NCBI GenBank assembly: GCA_904063045.1 | Contig: CAJFCJ010000005.1 | Coordinates: forward strand, 1,689,988-1,753,987 | Direction: 5' to 3' | From: Dimorphilus gyrociliatus | Taxonomy: Eukaryota > Animalia > Annelida | DNA: 64,000 nt | Shown: one piece after another, positions 12,930 to 24,161 of the stretch | How the letters are laid out: each line of letters begins with the position of its first letter | Numbering within the stretch: the stretch's first letter is position 1 | The notes under the pieces: model-generated | What the model saw: the letters and a program-made list of their open reading frames with translations, nothing else | What the model was told of the DNA's origin: nothing | The model's database searches: none | Made by a program: the position numbers and the translations under genes

Positions 12930-14248
12930 CACTTTCTTGTGTTCCCACACTCTTATTCTCCTCACTCTAGCTTTAGTCGCATCTCTCATTCACTGTATAT
13001 CTTCATACTGTGCATAAAATACTTATTCATACTACTTCTCCATCTATTTCGTTCTTCCCTTCCCTCTCATATCTTAATGATTTTCTCAGCTGTCTCCTCT
13101 TGATACTTTTAGTTTCTTTTTTTTACGATTCTCACTGTTTCTCCCACCCTCCCTTTTTCCCTTTTCCCTTTCAATCAATCTCGAACAGGAAAATAATTAA
13201 TCTTGGGAGAGATAGAGTGCAAGTATTATACTCTTATAATTAACATCCTAAAATCGATTCAGCTTGGCTTCGTCCATTTCGATTTTTCGTTTAAGCCCCT
13301 CAATAAATTTATTATTTGAATGTTTGACGGAAGAAGTCTGATTTAGACATTCTAAACATAATCTACTTTCTTACAACTAAGTTTTACATTACGCTCCACA
13401 GTATATATAGGTCTATTAAATATATACGTTGTATATAGTACATCTAAATATATACACTTCCTTTTTCACTTAACGAAAAATATAAATCATGACAAGTAAT
13501 AAGGAAATATATAAAAAAAGTTACTGTTTCCTTACTTTCATCCTCTTTTTTGTGGTCGGTTTATCCAAGATTAGGACAGTAAGCCGGAATACATCTGTCA
13601 TCCGAATTGGAGACGCGAATGTATGTTTTATGCAAACATGAGCTTGTTGTTCAAAGCACGCAACTGACGGCCGGCGTCTTTCGTCCTTTCTTTTTCTAGG
13701 CCTAGACTAGATGGCGCCTCATGCGCGGCGTGACTATCTAGACGCATTTATACGTTTTAAAAAAATTCAGTACTATTTTAAAATCGTGTATTTGGCCAAT
13801 TTTTAGGTTTCTGAATGTTTAGAAAATGGAATATAAAATGTAATGATACTATTTACTCATTATAACATAGAAATCTTGTTAATTAATCGTTGCCGGCAAT
13901 TCTAAAACGATTATCGTAAAGGCTGGATTTAAGCTTTTAAGCAATAGCCCTCATTATTTCCAGTCTTTAAATCGTATATAAAGGATTTTTTCCCAATTTT
14001 ACTCCTTTTCGCAGGGATGATCTAACTGATATAGTAAGAAATTCTAATGATCTACTTTCTTGAATACGCTACTACTTTGAAAAATCGTTAAGCTTTTTTA
14101 GAAGATAAATAAAACGTGATTATCTGTTATTCACAACAAGAAAACAAAACCTTTAACTTGCTAACAGCTGCATATTTTCAAAAAAATCAATCATTTAACA
14201 AAAAACCGCGCTCCATCAAGGAGGGTCACGTGGTCCATCAATTCTAAA

Positions 14249-17200
14249 ATGGCGTCCGACAACTTTTCCTTCTCAAACGATATTAGCTCAGAAATAGCAT
14301 TGCTGGAAGCTCTTGGAAAATATAAACCTGTAGGTTGGTAATCAAGAATTATTTTCTCTTATTGATGCGGCAGTTTTATATTCAAAAAAGCCATGAAAAC
14401 GAGAGCACGCGTCCTTGAATCGTGACGCTCTTTAATTTCGTAATATTATAAAAAAAAGTTTTTTTCATTGAAAAGAGATAAATTTTCCGCTTGTGTCCGT
14501 CTGATTCCATGCTAAACCAGTGGTGGAAATAATTTGAATCTCAAAAAGCTTTAGGAATTGGGGACCAAATCCTATGAAAGCGTCCTTGTAAAAAATGATA
14601 CTCTAATAAGTAAACTGTATAGTGACTTTGTAATTGAATAGAGACCGTCTGGCTGAGTCAACCTTGCTTTTAGATCCCTTCTTCAATGAGCTATTCTGAT
14701 GGGGTGAAGTTTTTAGTGCATCCGCTCTTAAACATTTGAAATTTTATAAAGTATCCCCGCCAGCGGCCGGTGAAAATTTTATAGAAATTGCAGTATATGC
14801 TTGCCCCTAAAACGGTGTGTGAATAATAGCCTATTGCATTAGTCGGAATGAAATAGGAATGAATAAATGATTATATAGTAATAGCGAATGAAAAGCCTTA
14901 ACAGTTTGGGTCTTGTTTTCGGGGCTTGCAGTTGCGATAAAAAACTGAAATGAAGATTTATAGTAGTCTATTGACCTCTTTTATAAATCACTTAAAGTAT
15001 TTTTTAAGCTGAAGAGAGGCGGCTATAAAAGATTGCCACCTAGAAGTTGTTAAATTTCCTTCGGGAACATTTTGATGGAGAGTCGATAAGCAGTAGGCGT
15101 CGCTAGAAAGGTGAAGGAAATCTTTCTGCGTGATTTATGCTTCCTTGCATATCTGATTTGGGCGTAGGTGTTAACAATGTCGAGAAAAAAATGTAATAAA
15201 TACAATTTCAAACTATCAATAGACATCATTGACTTTTCGAGGAAGTATGAACTTTTGCCTTCTGGGTATTCTGTCATGTCCATTCCTAAAGTACGTGGAA
15301 GAGTATAGAAAAGGTCACCTGTTGGACACATAACTTTGATTTATAATGACCTACTAAGTAGCTTTATTGATAGATAGCTTCACAGGACAGCTAATGAACT
15401 GAAGGCAGAAGAAGAAAACCATCAATTCTGTATCCCATAAGGTGGTTTGAGGTTATCTCTTAACAGAAACTATTACCAAACTAGTCGGCTATTTATCTGA
15501 TTGCATAAATAACGTATTGAAAGCTGGGCTTGTTATGTTACGATAAATTTGCAATTTGCGCTTGGGCTTTGGGAGGGGAATGAAAAAGAAAGTTTGGATC
15601 GATTCGGCAGGGAGTTTTAATAAAAAATACAGTGGAAGGGTATATTTGAATTAGTTGGTAGTTAGAGAAAGGCAGTTGCTTAGTGATGACCGCCCTAACT
15701 TCCGGTCTATAGCAAATTAAGCTAACCATTGATTTTATAGTTGTCGTTTCCTCGACCTTGATAAGAAAGAACCACAAAAAATTTTCTATTCTTCTATACG
15801 ATCGTTATATCCCTAAGTAAAGTATTATCTCAACAAATACTCTTATTGTTTGAGAATATCTGCAACAGCATCATTCGTCTCTTTTACTACTTCTAGAAAA
15901 ACTTTGAACGGCTTCGGTTGATAATGACGCAACCCCATCCAACCGTTTGTGTACATACCGCAAACAAGGAAATGGTATCTGTAAGCTCACAGCAACTGAC
16001 CGTCGGGTAATGTTTGCATTCGAGATGCAATTTTTTCATTAGACATTTTGTCGTCTGATTATTAATTTGCACCTGCTAAAAGTAAACTGAAATGAAATTT
16101 TGAAATTTTTAGCTCCCTAAAAATTAATAGCTATTCCTGTATCAATGGGAATTGTGAATATGGGTCATCGCAAATAGCGTCACGCTTTATTTGTATTTCA
16201 TTTATTTAGTGTTGCAATGAGATTTTCTTTTTTTAAGTCAGATTCAGTTTGTTAACTCTTTGAATAATTTAACGCCAAGAGCGTTATACCACTAACGATA
16301 CGAAATTCCAAACTAGCTTCCAAGATCGAAACACTAACTTCAAAAGCCACTCCTTCGGTTTCTCACACTTTACTGCATTTTATTCCTTTAACAATATCTT
16401 AAAGAACTTTCTTGTCGAATAGTTATTTGAGTACTTTTTCAATCATTTATCGAGCCAGTCAACACAGCTTTATTATTATTATCGTTTTGTATTATATATT
16501 TCTCTTTTTGAAACTAGATTTGTTGACCCTACCCCATAGTCTTAAGGTTTCTTCTATCGCAAGGGTTATAGATACAATCGCCTTGAGTAATTGCTATAAA
16601 TATTCCAATAAAAAATGTATAAAATATTATACTAATAATTCTAAATGAAACAGCGCATATAACATGTTACAGTAAAAAGAAAGACAAAATTAAATGCAAA
16701 CATTAAGTTTCATCAAACTTTCGTATTGTTTGTTTACGGTCAATTTGACTTTCAGTTTGTCTCTTTTCTTGTCAGTTTACCTTTCGACTTATTCGTCTGC
16801 TAATTAAGGATCATCTCGTAATGATCCAGAAATAGAATATTATTTTAGACATACTCTAGTCCTGATACTACTTTCCGTTCCGATTTAACAAAGAGGCTCT
16901 ACATGTTGAGTAAGATGTAATTACGGCACGCTTATTATAAATTACTGACTAGGAGGGAAGAAATATAATGTTGAAGACCCATGAGAAATCTGCTTTATTA
17001 AATGTGCTTTGCTTTGCAAGGCTTTAACTGGCGTATTTTACCTCTCAATGACACGGTACACTTGCAAATAAAATGATTCCATAGTGACGATTTTGGCATG
17101 CAAGGAAAGAAACGCCCATCGATAATTCATCAAAAAGGCTTAAGCCTTTCAGTCTGCCCCTTCCAGCGTCTTGCTGTTCTTGTTTGATAAGTACTAGATT

Positions 17201-18002
17201 TAAGACGTTAACCTCGTTTTTTTTCAGGTATAGGCCGTCACTTCACAATGACTTTCATTCTTGATGAACTAAGAGAAAAATGTTTGCCGGTCATCAAAGC
17301 TAAACATGTTTGGGAATACTTGAATACTCTGTATGATATCGAAGAACTCACAGTAAGCCACAGACTGTTAATTTAGCTTAAACAGATTCTATTACTTGTT
17401 TATATTTTATTACTTTAGCGTTTAAATAAAGAGAACGATGAGAACTTGGACAAACTGACTGATTTTGAGTTACCTATCGAAAAATTCGGCCAGTTCCTAA
17501 AAAAGGATTCATCAACACCGTCTCCCAGAACCGAAACAGAAGCTCTATCAGAAAAGGAGGAGGAATCGGCTCCCGAAACTGTTACCAATACCTCGAAAAA
17601 CACAAAAAGTAAAAGGAAGGAGGAGACAAGTAAGACAATTGTGGCAATTGCCAAATTTCAGTTGCTAGGCTGGTAAAATCGCGTGTCATCGCGACGTTGA
17701 AAAAAAACTATAGCAGGAAAGGGTTGGCTATTATGACAATTTTGTTCGCACGCGAAATGTCGGTTTAATTAACATTTACAAAAATATTTTTTAATAGTCG
17801 TGTACAATTGTTATTATCTGATTATTTTACTTTACTTCTGTTTTCTTTTTTTAAAATTTCACGATTTATTTCAAGCATAACAGAATTACTGAGTACATTT
17901 TGTAATATAATTCTTTTTTATTCATTAGATAAGTCAAGAAACGAGTCAAGAAAACGATCCAGAACCAGTGAGAACACCTCTTCTAACAAGAGAAAAAAGT
18001 AA
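14249..18002 (+). CDS. MRGBP: MRG-binding protein (Eaf7, NuA4/TIP60 subunit), 4 exons with a 2.9-kb first intron
   Basis: Exon 1 (14249-14333) SSEIALLEALGKYKPV-G joins exon 2 (17228-17352) IGRHFTMTFIL...HVWEYLNTLYDIEEL. This matches MRGBP/Eaf7 (E..LFxAxxxHKPVGxxRHFxM; IWxxLxxxYD). Exon 3 starts at 17419; the basic last exon ends at 18002. Confidence 0.85.
15361..15468 (+). ncRNA. H/ACA snoRNA candidate (best unit)
   Basis: Stems GCTTT/GAAGGC and TAGCT/AGCTA, H box AGAAGA at 15407-15412, 3' stem AACCATC/GGTGGTT, ACA at 15463-15465, 15 nt after the upper stem. Confidence 0.6.
15852..15958 (+). ncRNA. H/ACA snoRNA candidate
   Basis: 5' hairpin GAGA/TCTC, H box AGAAAA at 15895-15900, 3' hairpin AACGG/CCGTT with upper stem GGTTG/CAACC and an internal pocket, ACA at 15953-15955. 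Confidence 0.55.
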
Positions 18003-18134
18003 TGTGATGAACGTTTACTTAGTCTTTTTTTACATTGTTTATTTTAGCATTTTTTGTAAAACGCTCATACTTTAATTGAATATAAAATATTCGCTTTGTA
18101 CCCTAAAAAGAATTATATTTACTAATTCAAGTTG

Positions 18135-18385
18135 ACTAGGGTCATAAGAAGTATCCAGCGATCAAAGTGTTAAGGGAAACGATACCTCAAGGAGAAGGGG
18201 GTCGAAAGAAAGACCAGGGGGTGGGGCTTTAACGGCTCGAGCAAATGGCAAACTCGCTAAGAGTTCTAAATTACTTTTAGCGTTTTTTTCGAGTCGTTGA
18301 CGGAAGCGATTTCGCCTGTGTTTTGTGATCGACTGGGATTGGAATTGATCGATCCTGTTCAGTAGTTAAGGAACGCGTACAATTG
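18135..18385 (+). ncRNA. Highly structured GC-rich element, candidate ncRNA of unknown class
   Basis: 12-bp stem 18229-18240/18289-18300, outer stem CCAG-CGATCA/TGATCG-A-CTGG, side hairpin GGTC-GAAAGAAA-GACC, and a terminal hairpin followed by ACA. Confidence 0.45.
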
Positions 18386-19209
18386 CAATATTTTTCCTTT
18401 ATGGCGGAATTCTGTTTTAGAATTATCGATTTATTTTGTTCTTGTCAGTGATAATCAATCATTGTAATAAAAGTAGGACCTATTTAGTCAGTTATAGCAT
18501 AAAAAATTGACCTATTTTATTCTGTCTTAACACGCTTCTGAAACAATTGCGTCTGCTTTTCGGAAATTTTATCCTTTTCTATTAGATAATATACTAAAAC
18601 AGTATTGCATGTCATGTTTTGTCGATGTGTATCATATGAAATCTTAGAGAAAGAGGAAAAGAAAGATGTATAACGAATGGCGCTTAATTGCCCTCATGTT
18701 CTGCATTGAAAAGTACTTTAATGTACTCCTGTTTATATCAACTGACAAGTCATCGATATTAGGTTGGAACGTTCTCACCCCAGATAAATATATTGCTTTA
18801 ACCAAAGTGTTTAACATTCCCTAGTGATTATTTAATTATAGAAACGGATCGACTAACATTAAATTAATTTTATTAGTTGGTCTATCCACTTTCATATGTT
18901 ATTATACTCCTCCCTTATCGTCTTAATGTGACATGCCGTAAAATTTAATGTATTTTTGTACAGCAACTGCATTCGGTAATTACCGTCATTTTACATCAAT
19001 TTTACTATATAATCTTTCTATTCAAGAAATTATAACTATATGCGCTTAATTAAAAGACGAAAGACTAATAAAACAGCTTTCGGTTTTTTTAGGGCAGACA
19101 GTCAATACAGAAAATTAGGCAAGTGCAGAATATGCAGGCTAGTCACTATTAAATGTCGGAGGTTCTTCATCGATTAACAGTTTTAAAGGAATACAATCAT
19201 TTCCTAAGT

Positions 19210-20223
19210 TTAACTACTATGGTGAATTTCCGATCTTGTGTGGCTTTCTAATTGAGTATTGGTCTCTTTTTGTTTTATTATCCAGTCGAAATTGTTATCA
19301 TAAATGATTCCTTCTCGATTAGCTAATGTTTTAAAGAACTCACGAGCACTGTTATGATCAATTGAATGATACGCAGTTTGATGCCTGCACTGTTCCACAA
19401 AACTAGAAATCTCTTTTGGTAAGCCTTCGGCCAATTCTGAAGAAGTTATTGTTTGTTTAGCTTCCAGTATGCCTTTTAGTCTTTCTTCACGATTCGAGGC
19501 CTTTAGACCTTGCCATGGCAGTGATCCTTTAGTTAGATATAGGAACATGTAGGATAAGGACTCAAGATCATCTCTTCTAGTTTCTTCGTGTCCAAGATGA
19601 GCGCCAATAGATGCATATCGCACAGTTCCAACAAGTGGATGAGTAATCATTGACAAAGACCTACTTATCCGAGTCGATCCCATTATACTAGGTCGTCTCA
19701 ATCGCTTGCCCAAACCGAAATCGATTAAGTACAATTTATGCTGAGCTCCACCCGAACCCAATACCCAATTATCAGGTTTTATGTCTCTGTGAATAACATG
19801 ATGACGATGAACAAATTCTAAAGTTTCTAAACATTGGTCCATTATCATGAGACCAGTCTTTAATGTAAACTTTTTGTCACAGTAGACAAATGCATCTTGA
19901 AGTGACGGCCCTAGAAGATCTAGAACTAATACGGTGTAAATTGGCTCGTAGAGACCATGCCAGATCATCGTGGGAATACCTGGCCCTCCCTGAAGTATAT
20001 CATAAATTTGGCTCTCATTCATCAGTTGCGGAGTTTGTGTACTTTGTAATTCTAGCTTAACTGCAACTTTCATTCCTTCTGTAGATCCTTTTAGGATTTC
20101 GCCAAGCCAAATGTCTCCAAAAGATCCTCCATTCAAGCGTTTGATTAATTTCGTTCTGACACTCCTCCCAACTACTAAATCAACAGGATTGTGTTTTTTA
20201 TGTTCATGGCTATTACTATTCAT
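19210..20223 (-). CDS. Divergent casein kinase 1-family Ser/Thr kinase, intronless
   Basis: GGSFGDIWLG, VAVKLE, HRDIKPDN, IDFGL, GTVRYASIGAH, RRDDLESL and LPWQGL are CK1 signature motifs. Confidence 0.93.
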   Translation of the reverse strand: MNSNSHEHKKHNPVDLVVGRSVRTKLIKRLNGGSFGDIWLGEILKGSTEGMKVAVKLELQSTQTPQLMNESQIYDILQGGPGIPTMIWHGLYEPIYTVLVLDLLGPSLQDAFVYCDKKFTLKTGLMIMDQCLETLEFVHRHHVIHRDIKPDNWVLGSGGAQHKLYLIDFGLGKRLRRPSIMGSTRISRSLSMITHPLVGTVRYASIGAHLGHEETRRDDLESLSYMFLYLTKGSLPWQGLKASNREERLKGILEAKQTITSSELAEGLPKEISSFVEQCRHQTAYHSIDHNSAREFFKTLANREGIIYDNNFDWIIKQKETNTQLESHTRSEIHHSS

Positions 20224-20653
20224 TATAGAGTTATACGACCAAATATCGACTGAAAATAGAATTTGAATTTAATACATTTTATAAGTACGGAAAATTTGAA
20301 ACAAAACAATAATTTTCCTTCACTTTTGTACCATCTTCATTATCTATTACCTCTATTATCGCCCAAAATTGACGACAACGACTATACATCGACTGTCAGT
20401 CAACCTACGAGAAGCTACAGATGCCAAAGAGATTAAATGTGGTAATGGTCAATGAACGTGTTTAATAAGGCTGCTATTTACTCCGAAAAATATTCTATTT
20501 TTTGACCTTGACGTGAGTTCAATGTTTCTATGTTGTCATTCGATTCTGAGGAAACCGGTATTGTTCGTCTGTAAAAGATTCAGCCTAGAGGGGAAAATAC
20601 TCTGTTGAATTTTCTGTACAACACTTGATTTATAGCCATATTTTGGAGTTGCT

Positions 20654-21825
20654 ATGTCAAAGAAATTTGAATATAGTTATTATGAAATCTTAGGTTTAAC
20701 AAATGATGCTACAAAAAAGCAAGTAAAAGATGCCTATGTCAAATTATCTAAGCAAGTACGACTGACAGTTTATTATAGATAGAAAAAAATGTGAAGATAT
20801 CTTTATCAACGTGTAGGTTCACCCTGACGTCAATCGATCGGATCCTAAAAGTCATGATAAATTCGTAGAGGTTCAAGAGGCATATAGGATTCTTAGTAGT
20901 CCAACAGAAAGGCAGCAATATGACGCTTCGCTGGCTACGCGAGGAATGCATAATCGTCCTATCCACGCCACGGAATATCATCAAAGTAGACCTTATACTC
21001 AACAAGGGTAAATTATCCGAGAGAGTGTCATTATACATGAAAGATTTACTTATATAATCTAACAATTCGTTTGTAACGAGCTCCTTTAAAAAATTCAGAG
21101 AAAACAATGATATCTATAACGAAGAAATGCAATGGTATGCTAGAAGTCAACAGAAGTTCTACTATGGATCTAGAAAGGTAACTTTAATTCAATAGACGAA
21201 ACTAAATATTAATATTTCATTAAAAAAAACCTTAGAGGTCAAAGCCAATGGTAGTCATATTTGGTTTGGGCTTAATAGCATTGGGAATGGCCTTGCATAC
21301 AGGTGCATATACATGGTCATGTAAACATAGGAAGGAAATTATGGATGAAAGAGATAAAATAAATTTCGCCCACCTAAATCGATCGAGGGAGCAAGCAAGG
21401 TACCTCCATATCGTTGTACTTTCATTTCAGCTCAGCTGTTCTTTCGTAAAATACTCGGCTAACAGTGTTTGTACAATGCATAGGCGATGCGGACGGCCTA
21501 TCATTGTTCAAAGGTTAAAATGTTAAAAATATCATCATGTGTACTACATAGTGGACGACTCTCGGCTTTTATTAATTTCATGAGGGCTTTGTCAATCTAT
21601 ATATAAACAAATTATCTGTAAAATTTCATACACATTGATGGTTCTCAACGCTATACTACTAAACAACATTGTTGTTACGAAATGTTTTTCTATAGTCTTT
21701 GTATATAGTCCCCTTTTTTTGATATGTGTTATTATTCCGATTATTTTTTATCATCTTCAAACAGGACTCTAGGGAATACTATTCAATTGGAACTCATACA
21801 ACAGCGCTGGAAAGAAGACAAATAG
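20654..21825 (+). CDS. DNAJC4: DnaJ subfamily C member 4-like (J domain plus TM helix), 5 exons
   Basis: YYEILGL...AYVKLSKQ-VHPD...FVEVQEAYRILS...RQQYD, then IALGMALH (TM) and IMDERDKINFAHLNRSREQAR. A further upstream exon is possible. Confidence 0.85.
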
Positions 21826-22990
21826 AACACAATTAAATTGTTGTTTTTTGCTCTTTTTATTCATTTGTTATCAGAAAGAAAAACTGCAGATAAAAGACAC
21901 TAGTTTAAATTTATGATTTGGTTGATTTTGACCAGATCAAAGTACAATTTTCAGATATTTCAAAAAATACAAATAACCAAATGTAAAAAAATAAAAAAAC
22001 AGAACCATGACTTTGATCGACCTAGTAACCTAAAAAGTATATGATTTCTACGAATTACTCATGACTAAATTGTTAAGACTTAGCACCCCTGATAAACGCA
22101 ATCCAAGCAGGTTAAAAAGTATTTTCTTCCCCTTCTTTTTATTATCAGTATTCCCGTCACTATAACTCACTAACTGTTTGCGTTTAATTGCAGATATAGA
22201 ATTTATCTATAATGATAATAATAATGATATATTTAGCTTTCCCATCATTAGTTATTTTTTGCCTTCAAAAATGCAAAATCTCCCAAGCCGTTTGATAAGG
22301 TGGAAGACAAACTTCTTTTTTTTCATTAAATCTATCCGCCTTTCAAGTTTCATACACGGCTTCGTGCAATCTCCTACCTCTCTTTATCTTTGTCTTGCTA
22401 ATTCTACTTTTAAAGGCGTTATCAACTCATACACATTTGGAATCACCCTTTTTTGTATGCTAACTGGTGCGTGAAGAATATCGAATTTTATTCCATCTAT
22501 AATTCTAACGAATGGGAAGATTAGATTAGAACTTAGGACAATTTTGAAATGATTAATCGTTATTTTTTTTTTATTCTAGTATCGATTGAACGATAATATG
22601 CTGTTGTGATAACCCTGGAAACTTTTTTTTTATAATTCTCTAAATAGAATTACTAGAAATTTTATCTATTAATATTTACTGATTGAACTTTGAAACGTCA
22701 ATTTTTTGACATTGACAATGTATTTGTTGACATCAATTGTCGGTTATCTCTGTAGGACAATTTTTATTACCTTTATTATAGAAGATATCATCGTTTGAAA
22801 ATTCACCATCAGATGGCGTTGAATTTGAGTAGTATTTTGTTTATCTTTGAAAAAATACGTTAGATTACGATCTTCCTGTATTTTCAAGATAATTTTTTAA
22901 CTAAGAGGCTTTTGAGCTGAATTGTTACATAACTGCTGTAAATATTTGTAATCGTTTTCAAAGGCTAAACGAGAGTTCAATTTAGCGAAA

Positions 22991-23842
22991 ATGATGTTTG
23001 ACTGGGAAAATAGCGATGATGAAATCCCGCCCTTTGAAAGAGACGTCACTTTAGACGAAACTGTTATCTGTCAGTCATTGGACAGATTCGGCGATATCAC
23101 TATTGATTTAACGGTCGATTTGGCTGACATAACTTTGGATAAAACAATTGAGAGGGTTGATGGAGAGGCTTTGGATGGAGGGCTTTGCTCATGCGTGTCA
23201 TTAGATAGACTAAACACAAGAATAATATCAAAGCTACCCTTTTCATATGACATGGAGCAAACACTAAAGGGGCGAAGAAGACTTGATTCCCTAAAGGAAT
23301 TTTCTGATAGATTGGGAAGATCTTTCAAATCAAATGGACGTTGTTTCACGTATCTCCTCCTCGATCCTAGAATTTTAAATAATTTAGCGGAGAGAGCGAA
23401 AAAGACGCCTCTAAGTGACTTGGAGACCTTAAGACAATTTGCAACAGGTATATTTTATGTAGGTAAAGGACAGAGTTTTAGACCTTACGCTCACTTAGAG
23501 GATGCAATAATCAAACGGGGAGCTGGCGGGCCTAAGAATCAAGTTATAAATTCTATCTGGCGAGCTGGATACGGAGTTATTGCTCTTCATCTATGGCATG
23601 GTCAATGCTCAAGCGAAGCTTTGGCAAGAGAAGCCAGTATCATAGAAGCCATTGGCTTAAATCGTTTAACCAATGAAAAAAGTGGCTGGTTAAAGCCACC
23701 GATTAGTACTTGGCCTCCTAAGGAGAGACGTCTGCTAGGCGTTGAGCTAATTCGCTTAGCTTGTCAAAGAATTCTAATTGACGGAGAACGCCAAATAAAA
23801 GCATCAGACGTTTTTTCATTAAACACTTGCCATTCTAAATAA
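22991..23842 (+). CDS. ANKLE1: ANKLE1/LEM-3-type GIY-YIG endonuclease
   Basis: FTYLLLDPR...IFYVGKG...RPYAHL...EALAREASIIEAIGLNRLTN matches the ANKLE1 C-terminal nuclease domain. Confidence 0.88.
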   Translation: MMFDWENSDDEIPPFERDVTLDETVICQSLDRFGDITIDLTVDLADITLDKTIERVDGEALDGGLCSCVSLDRLNTRIISKLPFSYDMEQTLKGRRRLDSLKEFSDRLGRSFKSNGRCFTYLLLDPRILNNLAERAKKTPLSDLETLRQFATGIFYVGKGQSFRPYAHLEDAIIKRGAGGPKNQVINSIWRAGYGVIALHLWHGQCSSEALAREASIIEAIGLNRLTNEKSGWLKPPISTWPPKERRLLGVELIRLACQRILIDGERQIKASDVFSLNTCHSK

Positions 23843-24161
23843 AAACAAATTTACCTTTTTTGGTCAATCAATGTAAAATAAACAAATAGTAAACAAAGTT
23901 TAGTGTATAATAGTGTATAAACAATAATAATACATATTTTGTTTATTTGTTTATTTATTATTATGTTTTTTTATTATCTACAATTCATTGAATAAATTAC
24001 GTTGAGAAAGGAATATTTATATAATTGAGTAAGAAAATAAAAGATTGTATTTTGAGTGAGACGTCACATGAAAGATTTAAATTAATTCTGATGTATTGAA
24101 TGTAGATAGTATACACATGTGTACATTTATATACGTATGTATAAAATATATATGATATATC

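Larger units (their letters stand above)
14334..17227 (+). ncRNA. Putative cluster of intronic box H/ACA snoRNAs (about 8-11 units)
   Basis: Repeated GC-richer hairpins separated by AT spacers. ANANNA hinges at 14781, 15305, 15407, 15709, 15895 and 17106; ACA directly after a hairpin at 14732, 15174, 15463, 15774, 15953, 16043 and 16574. Confidence 0.6.

Noticed and set aside
12606-13243. ORFs with ERERER or LSLSLS runs
   Set aside because: Artefacts of the (CT)n microsatellite and pyrimidine-rich sequence upstream of the GPCR.
15050-15777. Minus-strand ORFs in the MRGBP intron with faint piggyBac-like words (LHFFLDIVNTY)
   Set aside because: No DDD catalytic core, terminal inverted repeats or TTAA target duplication found; plus-strand hairpin/H/ACA modules explain the sequence better.
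15850-16050. Apparent in-frame TGA (GQLL*AYRYHF) suggesting a selenoprotein
   Set aside because: No known selenoprotein motif or SECIS element; it lies antisense to snoRNA-like units and is likely chance.
22178-22480. 98-aa plus-strand ORF and an interrupted minus-strand frame
   Set aside because: Composition is typical of AT-rich non-coding DNA, with no homology recognisable by eye.
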